A DNA stretch of 64,000 nucleotides from an uncultured Planctomycetota bacterium. Lineage in GTDB: Bacteria > Planctomycetota > Planctomycetia > Isosphaerales > Isosphaeraceae. This document shows, piece by piece, positions 28,113 to 37,566 of this stretch (within the stretch, counting starts at the first letter, position 1; each line of letters begins with the position of its first letter). The stretch lies in NCBI GenBank assembly GCA_963737655.1, contig CAVTTN010000002.1:4096001-4160000 (forward strand). Direction: 5' to 3'. Made by a program: the position numbers and the translations under genes. The notes beneath the pieces were generated by a model. It was not told the DNA's origin and made no database searches. It saw nothing but the letters and a program-made list of their open reading frames with translations.

Positions 28113-29453
28113 TCATCTCGGGACCATCCCCAGCAGGCTTTGAGGACTCTCGAACAGGACCGCTCGCGCGATGGCGAGCGAATCGTCTCGCGAATACTGC
28201 CCCTGGTCCTCCTTCTCGGCGAGGACCCGGGCCATCTGTTTGCGGACGATCACGGCCTTAGCATACGTCCATTCGACGCAGTACGCATCGGAGAAGAACC
28301 CGACCTGACGGTTCGTGGGCAGCATGTCGAGCCGTTCCCGGAAGAGGTCGGCGATGGCGGAGGGGAAGAAGCTGTGCCACCAGTAGCCGGCGAGGCTCAG
28401 GTTCGGCAGCTCCCGGGCCAGCGTGCAGAGCGACGGGTTCGCGTGCCGGCTCGCCAGGAAGCACTGGAACCGCAGGCCGGGGTGACGGCCGATCATCGCG
28501 GCGAGGTCGGCGATCGTCCGCTGCGACAGCCTGGCGGCCGTCTCGAACGGCAGGGGCTCGGCCCCGAGGCTGAACTGATAGACGATCTCGTGGCCGTGGC
28601 GCTCCAGGGCGGTCAGGAACGCTTCCTGGATGTACGAGGCGTAGACGTCTCGCTCGGACGGTCCCGCCTTCGGCCTTCGCTTGAGAGCCGACTCCATCTC
28701 GTCGTCGGTCACGTCGGATCGGTAGGCAATATCGGTCGAAATGTGCGTGGCCGTGGAGAGGACGAGGCCATAGGGGATCGCGCCGACGTAGTGGGCGATT
28801 GCGGCGTGGACGTCGTCGAGGGTGCGGATCGTCCGGTCCGTCGGCGGGCGTCGGCCCGAGCCGATCGGCGACGGGCTTTCGGGAGGGCGGCCCCAGCATC
28901 GCTCCAGCTCGTACAGGGCGGTATCGAACTCGCCCCACTGGCCCCGGGTGAAGAAGCCCCATTCGAGGGCGAATTGCAGGCGGTCGTCGTCCTCGCCCGA
29001 GCCTCGGCGGGCGAGTTCCGTGCCCGTTCGCTTCACATTCAGCCGATCGAGGACCGAATGGGCCCAGGAGCGATCGTCGGCCCGTTCGCGGATCGTCGCA
29101 TCGAGGCGCCGCCAGTTCCCCGCGACGATCGGCCGATCCCAATCATAGAGGGCCTTCAGGATGATCCGCACGCCCCACATCGAGCTGGTGTTCCTCGCAT
29201 GATCGAGGAACGGCAGGGCCTCGACGATCCGCGACCCGGCCTCCTCCGGCGACGGCCACTCGGGGAACTGCGAGAGCCTGGCCCCGCTCGGGCATCCGGC
29301 GGAGTACAGGTCGCTGATGACCATGTGATAGAGCAAGACATCGTGCAGGCCCCGGGCCCCGAGCCGCCCTCCCACGAGGTGGGTGTGGGGGTCGAGCATC
29401 GGGACTTCGCCGAGGGCCTCGAACAGCTCGCGGGCCCGGTCCTCGATGCTCAT
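28113..29453 (-). CDS. Amidohydrolase-superfamily protein, uronate isomerase (UxaC)-like
   Basis: DPHTH metal motif, LLYHM..SDL.SAG, GYWWH, R...LP.N...GFFSDAY..EW.YAK; ATGA overlap with the upstream gene. Confidence 0.78.
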   Translation of the reverse strand: MSIEDRARELFEALGEVPMLDPHTHLVGGRLGARGLHDVLLYHMVISDLYSAGCPSGARLSQFPEWPSPEEAGSRIVEALPFLDHARNTSSMWGVRIILKALYDWDRPIVAGNWRRLDATIRERADDRSWAHSVLDRLNVKRTGTELARRGSGEDDDRLQFALEWGFFTRGQWGEFDTALYELERCWGRPPESPSPIGSGRRPPTDRTIRTLDDVHAAIAHYVGAIPYGLVLSTATHISTDIAYRSDVTDDEMESALKRRPKAGPSERDVYASYIQEAFLTALERHGHEIVYQFSLGAEPLPFETAARLSQRTIADLAAMIGRHPGLRFQCFLASRHANPSLCTLARELPNLSLAGYWWHSFFPSAIADLFRERLDMLPTNRQVGFFSDAYCVEWTYAKAVIVRKQMARVLAEKEDQGQYSRDDSLAIARAVLFESPQSLLGMVPR

Positions 29454-30361
29454 GCTTCCACCGCTCCCTTCAAGAATTCGCCGACGGCGGAGAGGGAGGG
29501 AATCCCCGCCTGGCCGCCCTCTCGGGTGGCCTTGATCGCCGCCGCGGCCGAGGCCAGCTCGATCCGACGGGCCATCGACTCTCCTCGGGCCAGCCCCGCG
29601 GCGTAGGCCCCATGGAAGACGTCGCCGCACCCCGTGGTGTCGATCGCCGCCACCGGGAAGGCCCGTTGATGGGACGGCGGGCCCGAAAGGGACGTGGAAT
29701 GCCAGCAACCCTCGGCGCCGAACGTGACGACGACCGCCGATCGGTCGTCCCTCCACAGCCGAGCGATCATCCCCGCCGGGTCGGATTCCCCGGTGAGTCC
29801 CGAGGCGAAGGTCCGGCTGAGGATCAGGTGGTCGGCCAGGGCCAGGAGTTCGTCGAATCGAGGCCCGTCGGACCTCTCAAAGTCCGCGACGACGGGGATC
29901 CCCGCGGCCCGGGCGATCCGGGCGGCGCGAATCGTGCGGTCGGCGTCGTAGTGGTCGATGAACAGGACCATGGCCGACCGGATCACCGCCTCCGACGGCC
30001 ATTCGCCGCCGAACTCGGCCGATTCGTCGAGCTCGAACAGGATCGTCCGCGTCCCGGCCCCTTCATCGACCACGATCGTCGAGTGGATCGGCCGGGAGCG
30101 GCGATCGGGGTCGAGGTGATCGAGCGAAATCCCCTCGGCGCGGAAGTTGTCGCGGACGAATCGCGACAATTCATCATCACCCAGGCATCCGGCATACGCG
30201 GCCCTCGCACCCAGGCGGGCCGACGCCACGAGCGCCGTGCCGGTCAACCCCCCGCACTGGCGGATTCGCCGACGGACCCGCACCTTCGCATCGGGCGGCG
30301 GGTACTCGGCGACATACAGGAGGTCATCGACGGTCACGATCCCGAGGCCGAGGACGTCCAT
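29450..30361 (-). CDS. PfkB/ribokinase-family carbohydrate kinase
   Basis: GG..GTAL.A.ARLG, G.LGDD, VVVTFGAEG and DTTGCGDVFHG; TGATG overlap with rpe. Confidence 0.92.
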   Translation of the reverse strand: MDVLGLGIVTVDDLLYVAEYPPPDAKVRVRRRIRQCGGLTGTALVASARLGARAAYAGCLGDDELSRFVRDNFRAEGISLDHLDPDRRSRPIHSTIVVDEGAGTRTILFELDESAEFGGEWPSEAVIRSAMVLFIDHYDADRTIRAARIARAAGIPVVADFERSDGPRFDELLALADHLILSRTFASGLTGESDPAGMIARLWRDDRSAVVVTFGAEGCWHSTSLSGPPSHQRAFPVAAIDTTGCGDVFHGAYAAGLARGESMARRIELASAAAAIKATREGGQAGIPSLSAVGEFLKGAVEA

Positions 30362-31002
30362 CAGAGGCTCGCCAGCCATTGCCTCATCTCCGCCGGGTCG
30401 CCGCCGAACATGAGCGAGCCGGGGACGATCCAGTCCGCTCCGGCCAGGGCCATCCTGGGGACCGTGTCCCGCCGGATTCCGCCGTCCATCTCGATTTCCG
30501 TCTTCAGCCCCTTCGTATGGATCATTTTCCGCGCCTGCATGACCTTGGCGGGCACGGATTCATCCATCGACGCGCCCTTGATCCCCATCGCCGTCCCGAC
30601 GATCGTGAGGACGTCCAGGTCGGGCAGGAACGGCTCGACGAGCTCGAGCCCCTCGGTGATCAGCAGGGACGCGCCGACGAACTTGCCGCGCGACTTCGCG
30701 GCCTCGATCACCCGGCCGGGCTCCTTCGCCGAGTCGAGGCAGAAGAGGAAGCCATCGGCCCCGGCCTCGGCGAACGGCTCGATCCACATCAGGGGATCGA
30801 CCGTCATCAGGTGAACTTCGAGAGGGAGCGCCGTTTTCTTGCGGATCGCGGCGACGAGGTCCGGGAAGAACAACATCGTGGGGACGTAATGGCCGTCGGC
30901 CACGTCCAGGTGGAACCGCTCGGTGAACGGCTCGACGCGCGCGATCTCGGCCGCGAGGCTCGTGAGGTCCGCCGACCACAGGGACGTGGAACACTTCATC
31001 AT
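30361..31002 (-). CDS. rpe: Ribulose-phosphate 3-epimerase family protein
   Basis: S..SAD, HLDVADGHYVP, EVHLM, DGGI and GS..F; all four metal ligands present. Substrate may differ from Ru5P. Confidence 0.88.
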   Translation of the reverse strand: MMKCSTSLWSADLTSLAAEIARVEPFTERFHLDVADGHYVPTMLFFPDLVAAIRKKTALPLEVHLMTVDPLMWIEPFAEAGADGFLFCLDSAKEPGRVIEAAKSRGKFVGASLLITEGLELVEPFLPDLDVLTIVGTAMGIKGASMDESVPAKVMQARKMIHTKGLKTEIEMDGGIRRDTVPRMALAGADWIVPGSLMFGGDPAEMRQWLASL

Positions 31003-31012
31003 CCGTCACGTC

Positions 31013-31825
31013 TCAATCGAGGAAATGGGTGGAGAGGAATTCGCCCATGAGCCGGATGACATCGTCGGCGTGACGCCCCAGGCTCACCGATTTGGGAGTG
31101 AGCTCGCCGAACGACGCGCCGGGGATCTCGGAGGCGAGATCCAGGCCCGTTTCGTAGGGATGGATGGGGTCCTGGCGGTTGGCCATCACGAGACAGGGCA
31201 TGCGGATCGATCGCCAGGCCGAGCGGTCCGGGCAGGGGCAATCGCGGGGGATGCGTTCGAGCTTCTCGACGGTCTCCTCGGCCCTCGGGTGCGTGAACAT
31301 CCCGATCAGGGCATTTGCCGAATCGGCGGACTCGGCCGCGATCGCCCGGTATTCCTCGGTCGAGCGGAACCGGGCAAGTCCCTCGACGGCCCCCGATTCG
31401 CGGATCAGGCGAGCCATCACGGGGAAGGCCCGGACGTTCTCCGGGAACGGCTCGTCGAGCCACGCCGGACGAGAAAGGACAAGGCCTATCGTGCGGTCGG
31501 GATACCTCGTCGCGAAGTTCAGGGCAAGCCCCGCGCCCATCGAGATCCCGCCGACCACGGCTCGTTGGATCCCGAGATGATCGAGGATGGCAAGCAGGTC
31601 GTCGGCGAAGGCGCGAAACGAGAGCTTCTCCGGGTCGCCGAGAGGCCGGGTCTCGCCGTGATACCTTGCGTCGAAGGAGAGGACGCGGACGCCGTCCGGG
31701 GGAGGAAACAGGGCCGTGGGGATGGTCAAGTCCCCTCCGAGTCCGTGCTGGAAGACGACGGGGAGGCCGGCTTCGGAATCGGAGAGGCGGAACGTCAGGC
31801 CGTCGTGAGAGAGGGTCCGGATCAT
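31013..31825 (-). CDS. Alpha/beta hydrolase
   Basis: FQHGLGG, D.RYHG, nucleophile elbow GISMG and DPIHP. Confidence 0.88.
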   Translation of the reverse strand: MIRTLSHDGLTFRLSDSEAGLPVVFQHGLGGDLTIPTALFPPPDGVRVLSFDARYHGETRPLGDPEKLSFRAFADDLLAILDHLGIQRAVVGGISMGAGLALNFATRYPDRTIGLVLSRPAWLDEPFPENVRAFPVMARLIRESGAVEGLARFRSTEEYRAIAAESADSANALIGMFTHPRAEETVEKLERIPRDCPCPDRSAWRSIRMPCLVMANRQDPIHPYETGLDLASEIPGASFGELTPKSVSLGRHADDVIRLMGEFLSTHFLD

Positions 31826-31836
31826 GGGTCTTGCTC

Positions 31837-32700
31837 TCAGATGGCCTCCAGGAACGCATTCAGGACGTGTCGGGCGCCTCGCTGGACGTCGCCCTCGGGC
31901 AAGCCGTGGAGGATCACGGTCCGGTCCGTCAGCCCGTGATGGACGCAGAGGCGGGCGACTCGGACGAAGTCGAGGACGCCGTCTCCGGGGGCGAGGTCCC
32001 CGGCCTTCCCGTCGGGACCGAGCTCCTTGACATGGAGCAGGGCCACGTCCGCGGCCAGCAGGGCGAACGCCTCCTCGACGATCTCCGCCATCCGTGGCAA
32101 ATCTTCGGGACTTCGGCAGAGGTTCGCCGGGTCGAGGACGACCTTCAGCCAGGGGGACCGGACCTCGTCGATCAAACGGCGGGCCTTGACCGCCGAGTTC
32201 ACGACGTTCCCGGCCTCGGGCTCGAAGGCGAAGGTCACCTCGTGCCGGTCGGCGATCGCGACGACCCGCCCCATCGTCGCGACGAGGTCGGCCCGGGCGT
32301 CTTCGGATTCGTTCTCGGGATGATACCTCCACATGTTCTCGCGATCGCGGGTGCCCGTGCAAAGGGTCACGATCCGGGTATCCAGCCACCGGCATGAGGC
32401 GGCGAGGACGTCGAGGCGATTGAGGTTCTCCTCCCGCCTCGCCAGGTCGGGGTCGATCAAGTTGAACGTGCCGGAGATCGCCGCGAGCCGAAGGCCCCGA
32501 ATCGACAGAGCGCGAGCGATCCTCGCGCAATCGCTCTCGGGAAGGCGTTCCGGCAGCGTGGGCATCCCCGCGCTCGACAGGTTGAGCTGAACCGATCGGA
32601 GCCCCGAACGACGGACCTCGTCGAGCGTCTCCTCCAACGAGGGCCGGACGAACGTCCGGGCGAAGATGCCCAACTGCGAGGGGGTGAGGGGGATCGCCAT
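31837..32700 (-). CDS. Sugar phosphate isomerase/epimerase (AP-endonuclease-2 TIM barrel)
   Basis: SGTFN.I.PD, TLCTGTRD..NMW, FEPE..N, DPAN and HVKE. Confidence 0.88.
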   Translation of the reverse strand: MAIPLTPSQLGIFARTFVRPSLEETLDEVRRSGLRSVQLNLSSAGMPTLPERLPESDCARIARALSIRGLRLAAISGTFNLIDPDLARREENLNRLDVLAASCRWLDTRIVTLCTGTRDRENMWRYHPENESEDARADLVATMGRVVAIADRHEVTFAFEPEAGNVVNSAVKARRLIDEVRSPWLKVVLDPANLCRSPEDLPRMAEIVEEAFALLAADVALLHVKELGPDGKAGDLAPGDGVLDFVRVARLCVHHGLTDRTVILHGLPEGDVQRGARHVLNAFLEAI

Positions 32701-33773
32701 CAGACACCCCCCGAGACGGCGGCGAGCTTCACGGAGTCACCCGTCTCCGTCGATCGGGCGATCGCGACCATCGCCCTCATCGCGGCCACCCCGTCCTCGA
32801 CATTCGCGCCGGTCATCGGCGCCCCATCCAGGATCGTCGCGGCGAAGCCTTCGATTTGACGCTTGTACGTGTACGCATCCTCGCCCAGGGGGCGGCGGAA
32901 GGTGCGGTCCTTCTCCGAGAAGCATTCCACCTCGCTCGACTTGTGGAACCAGGGGAGATGGATCTTGCCCGAGGCGCTTCCCAATTCTCCATAGACCTGG
33001 AAACCCTCCTGAAAATCGCCGCGGATCGGGATGGTCAGATCCAGATGTCCAAGCGCCCCCGATTCATAATCGACCGCGACGAACCACGAATGGGCCCCAT
33101 ACTTCTCCAGGTGGCGCGCCCGGACCGAGGCGATCGGGCCGCCGAGGAACCTCGCGGTATCGACGATGTGGCTGCCGTGGGTCAGCAGGAAATAGCGGCG
33201 GCGATCGGCCTTCGGGTCGCCTTCGGGCTTGAGCATGCCCGCGCTCTTCTCGGGGATCGGCTGGAGGTTGTCGGTCATGGTGTAGCGGTGGGTGGAGTCG
33301 CAATACCACGCCTTCACCGCCATCACGCCGCCGATCTCCTCGCGGATGAATTTCGCGGCGAACGCCACGCCCGGATCGAACCTCCGGTTGTTGCCGACCT
33401 GCAAGGTCAGGCCGGTCCGGGCGACGGTCTCGCGAAGTCTTTCGCACTCCTCGACCGTCACCCCGAGCGGTTTTTCCACCAGGACATGCTTCCCGGCCTC
33501 CAGCGCCCGGATCGCGGCCGGGACGTGGAACGGGTCGGAGATGCCGATCAGGACGGCCTCGACCTCGGGATCGGCGAGCATCGTGGCATAATCATAAAAG
33601 ACGCGTCCGGGTCGATGGACGGCCGCCATGCGGTCGGCAAGCTCGGTCGCGGCGTCGCAGATGGCGAAGAGCTCGGCGTTGCGGGCCTTCCGACAGGCGT
33701 CCAGGTGGGCGAACTGGGCGATCGGACCGCAGCCGAGGAGGCCCACCCGGAGCTTCCGCCCTTCTCGGCTCAC
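32700..33773 (-). CDS. Cytoplasmic Gfo/Idh/MocA NAD(P)-dependent dehydrogenase
   Basis: VGLLGCGPIA, AGKHVLVEKP, VG..RRFDP and HGSH.VD. Confidence 0.92.
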   Translation of the reverse strand: MSREGRKLRVGLLGCGPIAQFAHLDACRKARNAELFAICDAATELADRMAAVHRPGRVFYDYATMLADPEVEAVLIGISDPFHVPAAIRALEAGKHVLVEKPLGVTVEECERLRETVARTGLTLQVGNNRRFDPGVAFAAKFIREEIGGVMAVKAWYCDSTHRYTMTDNLQPIPEKSAGMLKPEGDPKADRRRYFLLTHGSHIVDTARFLGGPIASVRARHLEKYGAHSWFVAVDYESGALGHLDLTIPIRGDFQEGFQVYGELGSASGKIHLPWFHKSSEVECFSEKDRTFRRPLGEDAYTYKRQIEGFAATILDGAPMTGANVEDGVAAMRAMVAIARSTETGDSVKLAAVSGGV

Positions 33774-35197
33774 GAGACCCTCCCGGGATAGCGCTGGCGG
33801 AGCGATTCCAGGAGGGCCTGACGACCCGTCCGGGCGGCCAGGGCGGCCAGGGCGTCGAGGTGCTCGTCGATCGGCACCCCGGCCAGCTCCTTCGTCGTAT
33901 GGACGTCCAGCGCCTGGGTCATCGCCTCGGCTCCGAGCCTGGGATCGTACTGGCCCTTCGCATTCTTAATCGAATTGATGGCCGAGCCGGCGAGGAAGAG
34001 GATGTCCCCGGTGATCCCTCGCGCCTCGGCGTCTTGCAAGTTGAGGAGGAGGTTGCCCTGGTCGAGCGCCCCGGCCCGGGTAATCATCGTCGAGGCGATG
34101 CCCTCAACGGGCCTGGTCAGGGCGTCCTCGGAGGCGAGCCACTCCTGGCCGTAGGGGCGGAGGAACGGCGTCCCGGGCTTGACCGGGGCCGTCTGGCGGA
34201 AGTCGATGCCGTCGAGGCGGGCGAGGAAGTCGATCACCTCTCGGTAAATCGCGCGGGTCCGGGTGCCGATCCCCGCGTTGTGGCCGTAGATCGCCGGGGG
34301 GTTCGGAAGGTGCTTCGTCGCCTCGCGGACCGCGCGAACGGCGCCGGTCGCATAGGTCTCGCTGAACATCACGCCGGTCGCACCGGCCTCCACCACGGCC
34401 TTCACGGTGTTGATGATCTCATGAGGCGCCCCGCTGACGTGAGGGGCGAAGATCAGGCCGAGTCCGCCCCGCTCGGCCCTCGCGCGCTCGATCGATTCGA
34501 GGGCCTTTTTTGTCCGATCGGCGACGGGCGAGTAATCGAGATTGGGATAGAGGTCTTCGTCTTCCTTGATGAACATCAGGAGCCGGCAGCCGGCCACCTC
34601 GGCGACGATCCGGCCGACGTCCTCGGCGGTGATCCCGGCCGTGGGCTTGAGGATCGTGCCGAAGGCGGGCTGATCGGGGGCGAAGCCGGTCATCCGTCTC
34701 ATGGCCCTGGGGCCGTGGGCCGGACCGGGGAAGGTCCTGAGGACTTTCTCGGGGATCTGGAGGGCGACGAGCCGCGAGTCCTGGTTCTCGTAGACGTCGA
34801 AGATGATCGCGCCGGCGACGGTGTGGAGGATGTCGCAGGACGTGAGATGCCCGTCGGGCTGGAGCATCATCTTCAGCGGGAACGCGACATGGAGAAGCCC
34901 GAGCCTCCCCGTCGAGTCGAAGGGATCGACGCCCGCGGGCTTCGCGGAGCATTCGTCGAGAAGCGAGCCCTTCGGCGGGTGCTTCACCCCACTCGTGGCG
35001 TGGTAGCTGATGTCCTCGACGGCATCTTCCAGCTTCTGGGTGCGGAACGCGAAGAAGTAGGTGGCGACGATGGCGTCATCGATCTTCGGCGGCGGGTTCT
35101 CGGCGAGGCGATCGGTCACGATCGCGCGGAGGGCAACCTCTCGGGCGTCGGCGTCGTGCCAGAGCGATTCGAGGACGTCGGACGGGAGGGTCTTCAT
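33770..35197 (-). CDS. RuBisCO-like protein (form IV, RLP)
   Basis: HATSG, VAFP, FPGP.HG, GTILKP..G, IKEDE (carbamylation/Mg motif), GHNAG, RL.GID and AGSAI; 475 aa; no rbcS or prk nearby. Confidence 0.85.
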   Translation of the reverse strand: MKTLPSDVLESLWHDADAREVALRAIVTDRLAENPPPKIDDAIVATYFFAFRTQKLEDAVEDISYHATSGVKHPPKGSLLDECSAKPAGVDPFDSTGRLGLLHVAFPLKMMLQPDGHLTSCDILHTVAGAIIFDVYENQDSRLVALQIPEKVLRTFPGPAHGPRAMRRMTGFAPDQPAFGTILKPTAGITAEDVGRIVAEVAGCRLLMFIKEDEDLYPNLDYSPVADRTKKALESIERARAERGGLGLIFAPHVSGAPHEIINTVKAVVEAGATGVMFSETYATGAVRAVREATKHLPNPPAIYGHNAGIGTRTRAIYREVIDFLARLDGIDFRQTAPVKPGTPFLRPYGQEWLASEDALTRPVEGIASTMITRAGALDQGNLLLNLQDAEARGITGDILFLAGSAINSIKNAKGQYDPRLGAEAMTQALDVHTTKELAGVPIDEHLDALAALAARTGRQALLESLRQRYPGRVS

Positions 35198-35396
35198 CGC
35201 GAGACGGCCCGGCGGGGTAAGGAAGCGAGACGACTCCGGGGACGCCCCGGAATGCCTGCCAGTATGGCCGAGCCGGGGGGGGAGTCAAGAGACCCGGCCG
35301 CCGACGGACGGCGACTCGTCCCGGACGGCGCCTTGATCCTCCGCATCGCCGGTGTCATCCTCTTCCATGAGACACATTCCAGGCGGGGACTTGGGG

Positions 35397-37138
35397 ATGA
35401 TCGCACGGGCCCGGATGTTTTTCGCCCTGGCGGCCCTCGCCGCGGTCGGCCCCGGGCCGGCTTCGGGCGAGCCGTTCGCGATCGTCGTCGGGATCATTGG
35501 CGAGGGGGACTCGTGCCGACCGTCGGCCTCTCGGGAGGCGGCCGCGATTGTGGAAGCCCTGAGCCGGGGCGGTTTTCGTCGCGATCGTATCATTGCGCTC
35601 ACACGACCGGCCGCCGCCGGGTCGCGCGGGCCGACCCGGGCGAACCTTCTCAAGGTCGTCGAGGAGACCGCCGGACGCCTCCGGCCGGAGGATGGCCTGG
35701 TGATGGTCCTGATCGCCCCCGGGTTCCGCGTCTCCCGGCGAGACGTGGGCGACGTGATCGCCGACGATGTGGGCGGGGTGGTCCGGTTGGATGAAATCCG
35801 CGCGAAGATGGGACGGTCCCGGGGCGGATTTCGGCTCCTTGTGCTCGATGCGGGTCGAGCGGCTCCGCCGGCCTCGATGGCCGCGAGCCTGGAGGGCGTT
35901 CGCGGGCCGGTGGACCCGGCCTCGGGTTCGGTGCCGGTGCTCTTTTCGAGCGGGCCGGGCCGACGGTCGGGCGGGGCCGGAGCCGACGGGCGATCCGCGT
36001 TCTCAACCGCTCTCGTGGCCGCCCTCAACGGCGACGCGGACACCGACCGCGACGGGGCCGTGACCGTGAACGAGGCCCTGGGCTTCGTCCGGGCCCGGTC
36101 CGGCGACACCTCGCCAATGTTCGAAGGGGAGCCGGGGACGGAGTCCATGCTCCTGACCCTGACCGGCCGAGCGGGCCCCATCGTCGCCGACGGCCACAAG
36201 GCCGTTCGTCGGGGGGACGACCGGGGCGCGACGACCGCGTTCTCTCGCGCCTCCCAGATGGACCGGGATTCCGTGCCGGCGTTGCTTTCCCTCGCCCGGG
36301 TCCAGGCCAGGAAGGACCCCGACGCGGCCCGGGCGAGCTATCTCGACGCCCTCCGGCTCGACCCGGGCCTCGCCATCGCCCACCTGGAACTCGGCGACGT
36401 TCTGGCCGGACTCGGCCGGGACGCCGACGCGGAGGCCGAGTACCGGAAGGCCCGGGACCTCGGGCAGGATCGTCCCGACCCTCTCGAGCACCTCGGGCGC
36501 CTTTTTCTCAGCAATGCGAATTACGTCGGGGCGATCCGCGAGCTCGACCGGGTGCTCGACCGCGACCCGGAAAACGCCTCGGCCCTGGGCTGCCGGGGGC
36601 TGGCCCACTTCTGCCTCCGACATGCCGAAGACGCCCAGTCCGACCTCGACCGGGCCGTCGCCTTGCAGCCGAGGTCGCCGATCCTCCGCGTGAATCGAGG
36701 CGTGCTGGCCATGTCGCGAGGCCGTCTCGAGGCTGCGTCGACCGACCTGGAAGAGGCCATCTTCTGGGCCCGCGACCTTCGCGGACCGGACGCGCAGCAG
36801 GCCTATTTTAACCGGGGACACGTGCGGTTTCTGCGGAAGCAATACGCCATGGCCATCACCGACTGGGAAAAATCTCGGCTCTCCGCCCGGCCTCCTCGGT
36901 GGAAGACTTCGAGATCGAGGTCTGGATCGGCCGGGCCTTCGCCGCGACCGGCGACCTGGATTCCGCGCGGAAGGCGTTGGACCGGGCCCTCGCGTTAGAC
37001 GACTCGCTCGTCGAGATCTATGAGACGAGGGCCGCGATCCTCGAGGCCCTCGGCGACGATGAGCGTGCCCGGGCCGATCGCTTTCAAGCGGAAACCCGCC
37101 GGATCCGACCCCAGCCCATCGGCCACATTAAGCGGTGA
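35397..37138 (+). CDS. Secreted degenerate caspase-like domain + TPR protein, frameshifted at an A5 run (36868-36872)
   Basis: AIVVGI, PTRANL, LVLDAGR, S.F..ALV.AL.G.AD.D.DG.VTV.E, then TPRs. One extra A joins ...DWEK to ISALRPASSVEDFEIEVWIGRA...(final TPRs), stop 37136-37138. Confidence 0.75.
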
Positions 37139-37219
37139 TGGGAGTTGCGATTGCGTTGTTCATAACCGGAGGATCGGGCGCCCTGGGTAAACTGCGCGTG
37201 CAAATTGGACGGAAAGCTT

Positions 37220-37247
37220 TTGACAACATAGATAGGTCGGGTAAATT
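37220..37247 (+). promoter_or_regulatory. Putative sigma70 promoter upstream of the giant gene
   Basis: TTGACA-N16-TAAATT in an AT-rich 428-bp spacer. Confidence 0.55.
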
Positions 37248-37566
37248 GGTCCTGCCACGTGATCCCTGATTCCTCCCGCATCGGACAGAGGATGAGACTC
37301 GGTGGGATCGGAGGGGTGCCGGAGGGGTCCGTTCGCGATGTCATGGTTGGCGTCGCGAGGTGAGCGGGGCCAGGACGTGTTGTCGCTTGCACGATTTTTG
37401 ACGACTACCCCCTTTCCTTTACGAACGTCCCGAGTGATATTCGGTAGCCGGCGAGGACTCATCAACGTCAGTACGAGACTGCACAAGAGTCTTCCTTGCT
37501 ATAGAGCGCGTCGCCGCGCCCGCCCCCAGCCCGTTAGGCCTGTCAACGCACGACGGAGAGCCGACG

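Noticed and set aside
33770..35197. Genuine CO2-fixing RuBisCO / Calvin cycle
   Set aside because: K177, R295, H327 and S379 equivalents appear substituted, and no rbcS or phosphoribulokinase is nearby.
37185..37256. Resemblance to a c-di-GMP-I/cGAMP riboswitch (GGGTAAAC...GGACGGAAAGC)
   Set aside because: No convincing GNRA-capped P2 stem or P1 pairing, and a TTGACA-N16-TAAATT promoter explains the segment better. An Infernal scan with the c-di-GMP-I model would settle it.
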